Positions 9,356 to 17,479 are shown, counted from the first letter of the stretch. The stretch is 38,683 nt of DNA from a virus (IMGVR_UViG_3300026299_000007:1-38683), one strand, 5' to 3'. Made by a program: numbers and translations. Notes: generated by a model from the letters alone, not told the origin.

Positions 9356-10012
9356 TTAGGTCGCGTAGCGCACGGGCTGCGCCGAGAAGGCCAGCGAGAG
9401 CGGCGTCTTGAGCACGTCGTTACCGCCGATCTGCGGCACCCGAGCAATCGACCAGATGGCGTTGGCCACCAGCTTTGAGCCGTTGCGGAAGGTCGCCCGG
9501 AAGCCGACCGGGCTCTTCGCGTCGTCGGCGGCCAGCACCGTTGCATACCATGGCAGGCTGATGTCGTCGTGAGTCACCAGCGACAGGCGCTGCGGCGAGC
9601 GGATCGTCGGTGCCTCGCGGCTGTCCTCGTCGTCGACTTCCGTGATGTCGATGAATTGCTGCTCGCCGCCGGAGCTGCTGATACCGTCGGCACGTACCTG
9701 CGAGAGATTGGTCCAGGCCGTGATGCGGCGAATCGAGCCAATACCCTGGCCGGCGGGGTAGAGAGACGTCGATACCGTGTTGATGCCTTCCAGCGTCACG
9801 TCGTTCGTCACCACCGTCTTCGCGCGCACGATGCGGCCGTTCAGCCGGCCCCAGCCCGAGGTGAGCTCGATATAGTCGCCGACGACGACGCCGTGCGCGG
9901 CACCCAGGGTGGCCACCGCCTCGGCGGCGTTGGTCAGCGCCGACATGGTTACCGAGCTGCCGTAGGTCGACGCGATCGCGAATAGGGTGCCAGAGGTTAG
10001 AGTGCGTGCCAT
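9356..10012 (-). CDS. Major tail tube protein (siphovirus type)
   Basis: 218 aa with SNA.EAVAT-like, SGW..LN.R and SSGGEQQF motifs; AAGGAG RBS; no sheath gene anywhere in the genome. Confidence 0.88.
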   Translation of the reverse strand: MARTLTSGTLFAIASTYGSSVTMSALTNAAEAVATLGAAHGVVVGDYIELTSGWGRLNGRIVRAKTVVTNDVTLEGINTVSTSLYPAGQGIGSIRRITAWTNLSQVRADGISSSGGEQQFIDITEVDDEDSREAPTIRSPQRLSLVTHDDISLPWYATVLAADDAKSPVGFRATFRNGSKLVANAIWSIARVPQIGGNDVLKTPLSLAFSAQPVRYAT

Positions 10013-10060
10013 GGTTGATTACTCCTTAGAAATTGAATGCCTGCCGCCTGAGCCATACGC

Positions 10061-10486
10061 TCAAGCGCCCTCGTCGAAATACGCCGTCGTCCAGGTCTCC
10101 TGCCACCACATGTGCCCGTCACGAAACGCCGACAGCGTGCTCTGGCGCCGGGTCAGCAGCTCGTAATCCGGGCCGCTGCTCCAGCCCAGCAGCGCTGCAC
10201 GGATCTGCTTGCGCAGCGCATCCATATCGACCTCGGCCGCAGCGCCGGTGGCGTCGGCGACATTGCGCACCACCAGCACGATGGCGATCGTCACCTGTAC
10301 CAGCTGGCCCTGCCCGTCGCTGACATCGATGTCGAGCTCTGCGCCAGACTCATCGACCGTGAACACGTAGGCCGCCGGCGTTGCCGCCGGGTTGGTCTCG
10401 GTGGCGCGCTGGAACCCGGCGGCGCCTTCGACCAGCTTCAGCGCCGGCACTTCGGCCAGCAGGCGGGCGATGATCGCGGCGATCAT
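10061..10486 (-). CDS. Tail terminator / gp37-like head-tail joining protein
   Basis: 141 aa with TPAAYV and R.ALLGW motifs; sits between the gp36-like gene and the tail tube. Confidence 0.75.
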   Translation of the reverse strand: MIAAIIARLLAEVPALKLVEGAAGFQRATETNPAATPAAYVFTVDESGAELDIDVSDGQGQLVQVTIAIVLVVRNVADATGAAAEVDMDALRKQIRAALLGWSSGPDYELLTRRQSTLSAFRDGHMWWQETWTTAYFDEGA

Positions 10487-10893
10487 GCGCCGAACTCGCT
10501 GTCGACATTGCTGCGTCCGAAGACGGCCGGCACGGTGGCGATCTCGACCAGGCGCGACGTCGGCGAAGTGCTCAGCGCCGCCGCCCCTTCGAGCTGCGCG
10601 CGGCCGGCGGCGATGTCACGCAGGTAAGCACGGGCGTCTTCGTAGTCACGCCGGGCGACGTCGGTCGCCGCGTCGCCAAGCAGGCGGTAGCGGGCGATCA
10701 CGCAGGCAATCTGCAGGATGCGGGCAGAGACCGGCGACACCGGCACGCTGTAGCGCACCCCCAGGTAGCCGTCGATCTCCGCGTCGGCATCGGCCAGCGC
10801 GTTGTCGACCCCGAGCACCGGCAGCACGGTTTCGCGCTGCGCGACGTCCTGCGCGTAGCGCGCTTCGAGGTCGGTGCGGGTGGCGTAGGTCAC
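10483..10893 (-). CDS. Mu gp36-like head-tail connector (DUF1320)
   Basis: GTG start (VTYATRTDL) overlaps the upstream stop. Motifs ALADA.AEIDGYL..RY..P and IARYRL. Confidence 0.88.
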   Translation of the reverse strand: MTYATRTDLEARYAQDVAQRETVLPVLGVDNALADADAEIDGYLGVRYSVPVSPVSARILQIACVIARYRLLGDAATDVARRDYEDARAYLRDIAAGRAQLEGAAALSTSPTSRLVEIATVPAVFGRSNVDSEFGA

Positions 10894-11348
10894 AGCCCGA
10901 GCGCCTCGTATTGCGACGCCGCCCAGGCATCGGCGGCCTTGCAGGCACCGGCATACGTGACAAGCGCGGTGGTTTGCCCGGCGGTCAGCACCACCAGGCC
11001 GGCGGCGGCGCCGGAAGCCATGTGCAGGAATGCCAGCTGATCCTCGGGCGTATAGCCGTGATCGAGAATGCGTTGCTTGCGGCGCATCTTGACCAGCTCG
11101 CAATGCGTGCTGGCGGCCTTGATCGCGCCGCGCACAGCGTCGTCGAGCGTCACCGATTGGATGCTGGCGGCGATCTCCGCGGGCTGCCCTCCCGGCAGGC
11201 TGTAGCCGTCCGGTAGGCTGACATAGGTCAGCGCCCCGATGGTCGCCAGCTCGGTGCCGACGCTATTTCCATCGGCATCGACGGGCAGGCGCAGCTCGCG
11301 CGTGACCTGGCTATCGATAAACTTTTGGTAGCTGAGGATAGAGCTCAC
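10890..11348 (-). CDS. DGR-associated accessory protein (possible fibre assembly chaperone)
   Basis: GTG start at 11348 after a GGGAGG RBS; 152 aa; overlaps the RT 3' end and is coupled (GTGA) to the gp36-like gene. Function is inferred only. Confidence 0.6.
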   Translation of the reverse strand: MSSILSYQKFIDSQVTRELRLPVDADGNSVGTELATIGALTYVSLPDGYSLPGGQPAEIAASIQSVTLDDAVRGAIKAASTHCELVKMRRKQRILDHGYTPEDQLAFLHMASGAAAGLVVLTAGQTTALVTYAGACKAADAWAASQYEALGL

Positions 11349-12297
11349 AGCGGGCCTCCCGTAGAGTGCGCAGCATGTGCTGCAGTGAGTGAGTGCGCCG
11401 GGCATGGCCCAGCACCGACGCCAGGCTATCCAGCTGGCCGCGTCGGGCAGCCTGGCGAAAAACGTAGAGACTGCGGCGGCGCACAAAGCGGCGGCTAGCC
11501 CACGTGCGATAACCAACAAAGTTGATACCGCGCGTCGCAGGTGCCAACGTGAAACGGGACAAGACCAGGCCAAGGCCGTCGAGAAACTCGACGATGCGCG
11601 CCTGCGCAGCCAGAAGCGCCAGACGCGGCAGACCAAACAGCACGAAGTCATCGACATAGCGACAGTAACGGCGCACGCCAAGCGTCCGCTTGATGAAATG
11701 GTCGAGCGGGTTGAGGTAGATCAGCGCATAGAGCTGGGAGAGCAGGTTCCCGATCGGAATACCGACCGGCTCGCCATAGTCGGCAAAGCGCATCATCAGA
11801 TCGACGAATCGCACATCCTTGATCTTGCGCGCTACCTGCGCCCGCAGCACCAAGCGGTCGATGCGATAAAAGAACTTGCGAATATCGAGCTTCAGAACGT
11901 AGCTGCCCGCCGGGCTGGCCTGTAATGCCGACTGCGCATAATCGGCCGCCTTGTGCGTGCCGTAGCCGCGCCGGCAGGCGAATGACTGAGCAATGAAGCC
12001 GCGCTCGAATATCGGCCCGCACACGGCATAGACCGCATGCTGCACCACCAGGTCACGAAAAGCCGGGGCGTAGATTCGCCGTGGCTTGGGCTCGCTGACC
12101 TCGAAGCTGTGGTACGGCTGCGGGCGATAACTGCCGTCGGCAAGCTCCTGATAAAGGGCGTCGAGATTGCGCGCCAAGTGCTTCTCGAATGCAAAGCAGG
12201 CGCGCTTGCCGTGCTTGTTGCGTGCGGCGGCGTGAAACGCGGCCAGCAGCGCCTCAGCGGTAAACGCCTGCTCGTAAAGATGGCCGACGCGCCTCAT
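11311..12297 (-). CDS. brt: DGR reverse transcriptase
   Basis: 328 aa RT-only protein with KPRRIYAPAFRDLVVQHA, LKLDIRKFF, GIPIGNLLSQ (DGR-type SQ motif), YCRYVDDF and GINFVGY. Confidence 0.96.
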   Translation of the reverse strand: MRRVGHLYEQAFTAEALLAAFHAAARNKHGKRACFAFEKHLARNLDALYQELADGSYRPQPYHSFEVSEPKPRRIYAPAFRDLVVQHAVYAVCGPIFERGFIAQSFACRRGYGTHKAADYAQSALQASPAGSYVLKLDIRKFFYRIDRLVLRAQVARKIKDVRFVDLMMRFADYGEPVGIPIGNLLSQLYALIYLNPLDHFIKRTLGVRRYCRYVDDFVLFGLPRLALLAAQARIVEFLDGLGLVLSRFTLAPATRGINFVGYRTWASRRFVRRRSLYVFRQAARRGQLDSLASVLGHARRTHSLQHMLRTLREARCELYPQLPKVYR

Positions 12298-12451
12298 GTC
12301 GCCCGGCCTTCGAGCCCGCCGAAAGCGGGCCTACCAGAAAGGCGGAAGCCCGCCGATTTCGCCGCAGCACAAAACACCCGCGCTGCGCGCCGGAAAGCGC
12401 CTCCCTTGATTCCACTACGACCAAGCCGCGGCCCTTGAGGTGAAATCGAGT
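12298..12451 (-). ncRNA. DGR RNA spacer (sp) region between TR and RT
   Basis: Non-coding GC-rich stretch with hairpins (e.g. GCCCGC-TTTCG-GCGGGC) at the position of the priming spacer in characterised DGRs. Confidence 0.5.
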
Positions 12452-12566
12452 CCGCACGGAACCCCACGTTATCGTTCGAGTTGCTCCGCGCATTGTTGAG
12501 ATTCAACGCCCAGACCCCGGCATTCGAGCTGCTGTTCCAGTTCCCGCCGGAGATCGTGCACATGTC
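12452..12566 (-). repeat. DGR template repeat (TR)
   Basis: 115 nt, ungapped match to 13007-13121 with 9 mismatches, all at A on the coding strand. Contains 26 adenines and 9 AAY codons. Confidence 0.96.
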
Positions 12567-12975
12567 AAGACGCCTCCCGTTTATCAAGCTGGCGCTCGGC
12601 GACAATCCAGCCGCCGATCATCCTGCCCAGATCATCAATCAAGCGCGACAGCGCGAGGTAGCGATGTTCGCCAGCCGCGGCCGGCGATCGCTCGACACGC
12701 TTGCCGTCCTTGAATTCAAAATAGCCCAGCGTGTAAGCCAGCCTCACGAACATGCGCAATTGCTCGTGGCGGATGTCGAGATTGGCCATGGTTGTTTTCT
12801 TGTAATAGCGCTTCTGGCACTCGACGATGAAGCCATAGGTCTCGTAGGCCGCGCGGCGAATCTCCAGCGCCAGGCCGAACTTTTCATGGCTCGGAAAGTG
12901 ATTCAAATGCACATTCATTAACTTCGCGAACTCCATGAATTTACGGTCTAGCTTTGCTTCGTCGTGCAAGCCCAT
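12565..12975 (-). CDS. avd: DGR accessory variability determinant (Avd, four-helix bundle)
   Basis: 136 aa, basic and helical, with HFP.HEKF.L..EIR, KKTT..NLDI.HEQLR and LGRMIGGW motifs; located between VR and TR. Confidence 0.92.
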   Translation of the reverse strand: MGLHDEAKLDRKFMEFAKLMNVHLNHFPSHEKFGLALEIRRAAYETYGFIVECQKRYYKKTTMANLDIRHEQLRMFVRLAYTLGYFEFKDGKRVERSPAAAGEHRYLALSRLIDDLGRMIGGWIVAERQLDKREAS

Positions 12976-12992
12976 CGCTATCGCTCGGGCCG

Positions 12993-14339
12993 TCAGAGAT
13001 ACAAGGCCGCACGGAACCCCACGTTATCGCCCGAGTTGCCCCGCGCAATGTTGAGATTCAACGCCCAGACCCCGGCATTCGAGCCGCTGCTCCAGCTCCC
13101 GCCGGAGACCGCGCACATGTCGTTCGGGCGGTAGTCATAAAACCCATCATTCCCGAACGCGTTCGCGCCCCCGACACCGCCCGCAAGCGGAATTCCCAGA
13201 CACGCAGACACCCATCCGATACCGCTCGCCAGCTCGCTAAACACTTGCGCCGCATTGCCAAAAATCTTCGTCGTTGACGATGCTGCGGCGGCGCCGACGG
13301 TCGCGCCCAGATTGTCGTAATTTGCGGCCCGCCCACTGGCACCCCACGCGTCGGTTGACAGGGTATTGCCGCTGGTTAGGCTCGACATCGCGACGGAAGG
13401 ATTTACGGCAAAATAACTGCTGCTGTCGGACGTCATTCCGAGGTTGATTTCCCACATGAGTCCATTTAGGTCGGCCACGCCGCACGCCTGCCCGTTGTGG
13501 GTGGTTTTCTCGAAAGGAACAGCGCTGCCCGTCTTGGCGCAGGAGGAATACCCATCTGAGACATAGAGGACGGACGCATCCTGGCTATCGCGCAGGCCAC
13601 CATTAGTGCAGCCCTTTGGGAAGTTGTTCGTCGCGTCGTACCATGCGCACCATGTCGTGCTCGCGCTGGCTTGCGCGTGCGCATAGGAGAGCATCGCCAG
13701 GGCCGCGAATATGAATCGACTGGAGCAGAAGAATTTCGGGCCGCGGGTTTTGGCAGCGTCCACCGCGCCGTAATAGGCATTTGCCGGCGATCCAACAAGA
13801 CCCGAAAACGGGCTATGCGCACTATTGGACGATAGCGGATTGCCATTCCAGACCGCAACCGCGACGCCCGATGCACTGGCCGAGCAGAGGTATTTGTCGA
13901 CGAAGAATCCGGGCTTGGTGACACCGCCGTCAATGAAGGCGCGATGAAGGGCATAACCCTCGGCGGCGGCCTGCGCCGAGCTGGCGAACTGCCGCGCATC
14001 GACAATGCCGACGGCGTTGACCGGCAAGCCGTTGCTCGTCGTGCCCCATAGATAATAGAAGGCAGGCACCCAGACCATCACCGAGCCGTCGGCGGTCTGA
14101 TAGTTGCCGTAGTTCGGCGCCGCCGGATCTTCGTAGCCGAACAGGCCGACCATACCGCGCGGCAATGGCTCGGTGCATACCCCGACGCCGAAGCCCTGCG
14201 TACCGGGAACGCCAATGCCGCGCGCCGCGGAGAGCAGGCCGCTCGGCCCCACCGGACCGACCACGCGGCCATCCAGGCCGACCACCTGGCGTCCGCCGAT
14301 GGTCGAGAGTTGCGCTTCTTTCCAGCTGCCTTTGGGCAC
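12993..14339 (-). CDS. DGR target protein with C-terminal C-type-lectin/FGE-sulfatase-like variable domain
   Basis: GTG start after an AAGGAG RBS; 448 aa; GFFVDKY, DLNGLMWE and terminal GGSW...VGFRA motifs; VR at the extreme 3' end. Confidence 0.92.
   Translation of the reverse strand: MPKGSWKEAQLSTIGGRQVVGLDGRVVGPVGPSGLLSAARGIGVPGTQGFGVGVCTEPLPRGMVGLFGYEDPAAPNYGNYQTADGSVMVWVPAFYYLWGTTSNGLPVNAVGIVDARQFASSAQAAAEGYALHRAFIDGGVTKPGFFVDKYLCSASASGVAVAVWNGNPLSSNSAHSPFSGLVGSPANAYYGAVDAAKTRGPKFFCSSRFIFAALAMLSYAHAQASASTTWCAWYDATNNFPKGCTNGGLRDSQDASVLYVSDGYSSCAKTGSAVPFEKTTHNGQACGVADLNGLMWEINLGMTSDSSSYFAVNPSVAMSSLTSGNTLSTDAWGASGRAANYDNLGATVGAAAASSTTKIFGNAAQVFSELASGIGWVSACLGIPLAGGVGGANAFGNDGFYDYRPNDMCAVSGGSWSSGSNAGVWALNLNIARGNSGDNVGFRAALYL
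13007..13121 (-). repeat. DGR variable repeat (VR), ending in the GC-rich/IMH region
   Basis: Copy of TR at a 555-nt offset with 8 A>G and 1 A>T changes. Diverges from TR after GGGGTTCCGTGCGG. Confidence 0.96.
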
Positions 14340-14361
14340 GTCGGGCTCCTTGTTCGAGCGT

Positions 14362-14706
14362 TTAGAGGGCGGTGACGACCAGCAGCGGCTCGGCGAGCAG
14401 TTCGGCCCACTGCTCGTCGCTGAAATCGTCGCGATTGACGGCCGTGGCCTCGCGATACCAGCGCCGGCCGGCGCGGCAGAAGCCTGCCGCTGGCACGGCG
14501 GTGATGCGGTGCGTGAAGTGCGGGGCTGCCGGCGCGGAGGGCTCGACCGGAGCCGCTTCCGTCACGGCCGGCTCGATCGGCGCCGCGTCTGCGGGGGCGT
14601 CGCCCGCCTTGGTCACCTGGTCGGCCGCAGGCGCCTCTTCCGTCGCAACCTGTTCGATCGGCGCCTGCTCGGCGGCTGGGGGATTCTTGGCTTTTGTGGG
14701 TGACAT
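14362..14706 (-). CDS. Mu gp35-like / HI1506-related head-associated protein
   Basis: Ala/Pro/Glu-rich N-terminus followed by GF.RAGR.W...L.AEP.L.V; usual position after the Mu-type capsid gene. Confidence 0.75.
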   Translation of the reverse strand: MSPTKAKNPPAAEQAPIEQVATEEAPAADQVTKAGDAPADAAPIEPAVTEAAPVEPSAPAAPHFTHRITAVPAAGFCRAGRRWYREATAVNRDDFSDEQWAELLAEPLLVVTAL

Positions 14707-14736
14707 TTCCGGTCCTTGTCTTTTCTGTCCTGGACT

Positions 14737-14761
14737 CCCCAGGGCCGTCTCGGCCCTGGGG
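14737..14761. other. Perfect 11-bp GC hairpin downstream of the capsid gene
   Basis: CCCCAGGGCCG-TCT-CGGCCCTGGGG with no U-tract on the coding strand; possibly an mRNA stabiliser or attenuator. Confidence 0.5.
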
Positions 14762-14794
14762 GTTAGCGCGCTTCTCTCGCTGCGGGGTATTCGC

Positions 14795-15811
14795 TTAGGT
14801 CAGCCAGGGGCAGACGTAGAGCTCGACGGCCTTGAAGTTGGTGTTGCTGGCGCCGCTGGCGAGCGTTTCGGCCTCGATCAGCGCCTTGCCTGCGGCGCGG
14901 TTGCTCGGGGCGACGACCAGGAGGTTCGGGGTGATGCCGAGCGGGCGGCCTTCGTCGCTGGCGAAGGCCATCATCGCGGCGATGGCGGCGTTGAAGTTGG
15001 TGGCGTCCAGCGTCTGCTTCGATCCGTAGGCCATCTGGGGGAAGCCGTAGCCGACGTTGGCGCGGGCATCGACGCCGTAGCGGTATTCGGCACGCATCCA
15101 GACCCCTTCGTCGCTGGCGTCGGTCATCTGGGTCAGGTCGTATTCGCGGCGCTTCTGGAAGATGATCGGCTTGAGCGGGCGTGTGGTGTCGAGCAGGTAC
15201 CAGGCGCTGCTGCCGCCGCCGCCGGAGTTGCTGAAGGTGCCGGCGCCGACCGGGTGATCGGTGTCGAAGAAATACTGGCCGTCGTAGCAGAGGGTGGTGA
15301 AGCCGGCAGCGAGCAGCGGAAAGACCAGCTCATCCGGATGCACGGCGGCGGCGTAGCCCATTGACGAAAAGAGCGGGGTCAGAACGCCGTAGCTGTCATC
15401 CTCGATATCGTCACGCGGAACGCCGATGCTGGCCTCATAGGGCTTGTTGGTGATCTGGTAGCCGCTGGCCGCGATGCCTTTGACCTGGCGATCGCCGATC
15501 CACTCGCGCAACTTTGGAAACTGCCCCAGCCAGCCGTAGTTCTCGACCTTGCTGGTCGATGGCACCAGCGTCGCCACCTTGCTCCACATCGGCGTGACCC
15601 CGGCGAAGGCCTGGTTGTAGGCGGTCTTGAAACCGTTGTACATGGCATTGAGGCTGTCGCGGTTGATGATCAGCCCGCCGACGGCGATCATCATTCCGTC
15701 GGCCGTCGAGATCGGCACAGACGGCAGCAGGAAGGCGGCGGCAGACAGCACGATGGCGATCACGCCGCACACGGCAAGGGCCAGGTGGCGCGGGGCGAAA
15801 AGCTTGTTCAT
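14795..15811 (-). CDS. Mu gpT-like major capsid protein with a hydrophobic N-terminal extension
   Basis: VPST...E.YGWLGQFP.LREWIGDR, CYDGQYFFDTDHP, KPIIFQ.R and YGVDAR.N.GYG motifs; ATG preceded by AAGGAG. Confidence 0.93.
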   Translation of the reverse strand: MNKLFAPRHLALAVCGVIAIVLSAAAFLLPSVPISTADGMMIAVGGLIINRDSLNAMYNGFKTAYNQAFAGVTPMWSKVATLVPSTSKVENYGWLGQFPKLREWIGDRQVKGIAASGYQITNKPYEASIGVPRDDIEDDSYGVLTPLFSSMGYAAAVHPDELVFPLLAAGFTTLCYDGQYFFDTDHPVGAGTFSNSGGGGSSAWYLLDTTRPLKPIIFQKRREYDLTQMTDASDEGVWMRAEYRYGVDARANVGYGFPQMAYGSKQTLDATNFNAAIAAMMAFASDEGRPLGITPNLLVVAPSNRAAGKALIEAETLASGASNTNFKAVELYVCPWLT

Positions 15812-15878
15812 ATGATTGACTCCTTGAGGTGGGCGGTGAGGTTTTTTTTGCGGGTTGGAGTAGGGGCAGGCGGGCGGC

Positions 15879-16286
15879 TTAGATCTCGACCCAGACGCCG
15901 TCGGCGTCGACGCTACGGATGACCCCGGCGACCGAGCGCGTCGAGCTGCCGTTGGTCTTGGCGACCGTCTGGTCGTCGACCACGAAGCAGCTGGCGCCGA
16001 CATCGGTTAGTGCGATCAGGTCACCGGCCGAGCTGTTGGCGAAGCGGAACAGCCCGCGGCGCACCTTGCCGATGACTGCGCCGTTGGCGCCGGCCGTGTT
16101 GTCGATGGTTTCCTCGACCACGCCGACGGTCTTTAGCGTGGTGGCGACGGCGCCTTTGGTCAGGAAGCCGGAGGCATTGAGGCAGGCGATACTGCCGGCC
16201 CATAGCTTGGTAGTGGCAGCGACGCCGAAGCCGAATTGCTTGTTGTCGCGCTGCGGGGTGTTGCGGTCGGCGGTAAGGGCTGCCAT
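15879..16286 (-). CDS. Capsid cement/decoration protein (DUF2190-like)
   Basis: 135 aa, starts ALTADRNT and ends DGVWV; between protease and capsid genes; AGGAG RBS. Confidence 0.75.
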   Translation of the reverse strand: MAALTADRNTPQRDNKQFGFGVAATTKLWAGSIACLNASGFLTKGAVATTLKTVGVVEETIDNTAGANGAVIGKVRRGLFRFANSSAGDLIALTDVGASCFVVDDQTVAKTNGSSTRSVAGVIRSVDADGVWVEI

Positions 16287-16333
16287 GGAGTTCTCCTGTT
16301 GCGGGGGTTTGGACTAGACGAGGACTGGCAGAA

Positions 16334-16852
16334 TCAGGCCGCTGCGAGGCGGGTCTTGGCGTAGGCATCGGGCGACAAGCCCATAGCCGAACACACCGCC
16401 AGGTCGATGCTGCTGAGCGACTCGCCACCACCGCCGTTGCCGTTGCCGCCCTTGCCATTGCTCTGCGTCTCGTTGGTCTTGACGATCACCGGCGCGGCGG
16501 CGAGGAAGGCGGTCAGCGCGGCCAGGTTGCTCTCGCCCAGGCTCTTGGCCCAGGCTTCGGTGGCCGGGGTGATCTTGCCGGCGGTGACGCCCTCGGCGAC
16601 CAGGGCGGCGACCTTGCCGGCGGAAATCTCGGCGGTGAGCGTGGCCAGCTTGCCCTTAACGTCGGCGTGTTCGGCCTGCAGCCCAGAGAGGGCGGCGATC
16701 GGCACGTACTTGGCCGGGTCCGGGCTGCCGACCTGGGCGCTCAGCGCGGCGGCGTTGGTTTTCAGGGCAGCGACCGCGGACAGCGCTTCGGCTTCGGTGG
16801 CGGTTTCCTGCAGGCCGAGAGAGGCCAGCAGCTTTTTCAGCAGCTCGTTCAT
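16334..16852 (-). CDS. Nested in-frame scaffold protein (Mu gpZ-like)
   Basis: Internal AGGAG RBS before ATG (MNELLKKLL) followed by an Ala-rich helical region; matches the Mu I/Z arrangement. Confidence 0.7.
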   Translation of the reverse strand: MNELLKKLLASLGLQETATEAEALSAVAALKTNAAALSAQVGSPDPAKYVPIAALSGLQAEHADVKGKLATLTAEISAGKVAALVAEGVTAGKITPATEAWAKSLGESNLAALTAFLAAAPVIVKTNETQSNGKGGNGNGGGGESLSSIDLAVCSAMGLSPDAYAKTRLAAA

Positions 16853-17473
16853 GGATTGCTCCTGGTTGCGGGTTGGAGGTAACAGCAACTCGGCCGCCAG
16901 CGCGGCAAGATCGGTGAGGCCGTCGAGGCCCGGGTCATTGGTCAGGCTGGCGTGCAGCAGCTGCAGCACGCGGCCGCTCTCCTTGTCGAAGGAAAACACC
17001 GGCGAGAGGTAGCGGTATTCGCGGTCGGCCAGGTGCTTGGCGGCCAGTGCCGTCCATTGCACGCCGAGCGCCCAGAGGCCGTCGCCGGGGCGCCATTCCA
17101 GGGCGCGGAACCAGCCGGCCGCCGGGGCCTTTCCGCCGTTTTCCTTGGCCTGCTTGATGGTGGCGTGTTCGTAGTCGATGACGCGATCAGAGGTGCGCGC
17201 CGAGGCCTCGGCGACCAGGCGGGCGCCGTCCTCGTCGGTCATCAGCCAGGCGGCGACTTCCTGCGGCCGACCATCCCAGGTACGGAAGGCGCCGGCGGGC
17301 AGCAGGCGCACGTCGGCGGGGGCAGAGCCGGAGAGATCGACGGCACAGTTGGCAACCGCGGCACGGGGGGCGCCGGCCAGCGCGCCGATCCCTGCGGACA
17401 GGGCGGCGATGGCCGGCGCGGACTCACTGGAAGGAGTGCGGGAGTTTTCGGGGGAGTGGGGGCGACGCGTCAT
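16334..17473 (-). CDS. Mu gpI-like prohead protease/scaffold
   Basis: LLPAG.F...DGRP, VIDYEH, APAAGW, EYRYLSPVF and LTN.PGLD motifs. Confidence 0.93.
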   Translation of the reverse strand: MTRRPHSPENSRTPSSESAPAIAALSAGIGALAGAPRAAVANCAVDLSGSAPADVRLLPAGAFRTWDGRPQEVAAWLMTDEDGARLVAEASARTSDRVIDYEHATIKQAKENGGKAPAAGWFRALEWRPGDGLWALGVQWTALAAKHLADREYRYLSPVFSFDKESGRVLQLLHASLTNDPGLDGLTDLAALAAELLLPPTRNQEQSMNELLKKLLASLGLQETATEAEALSAVAALKTNAAALSAQVGSPDPAKYVPIAALSGLQAEHADVKGKLATLTAEISAGKVAALVAEGVTAGKITPATEAWAKSLGESNLAALTAFLAAAPVIVKTNETQSNGKGGNGNGGGGESLSSIDLAVCSAMGLSPDAYAKTRLAAA

Positions 17474-17479
17474 GGCCCC

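Noticed and set aside
11311..12297. RT as a group II intron, retron or Abi RT
   Set aside because: No maturase or endonuclease domain; the SQ motif, adjacent avd and an adenine-specific TR/VR pair identify a DGR
12294..12605. 103-aa ORF resembling the target C-terminus as a second target gene
   Set aside because: It is the TR read in frame; the TR acts as RNA and such open frames are a common annotation artefact
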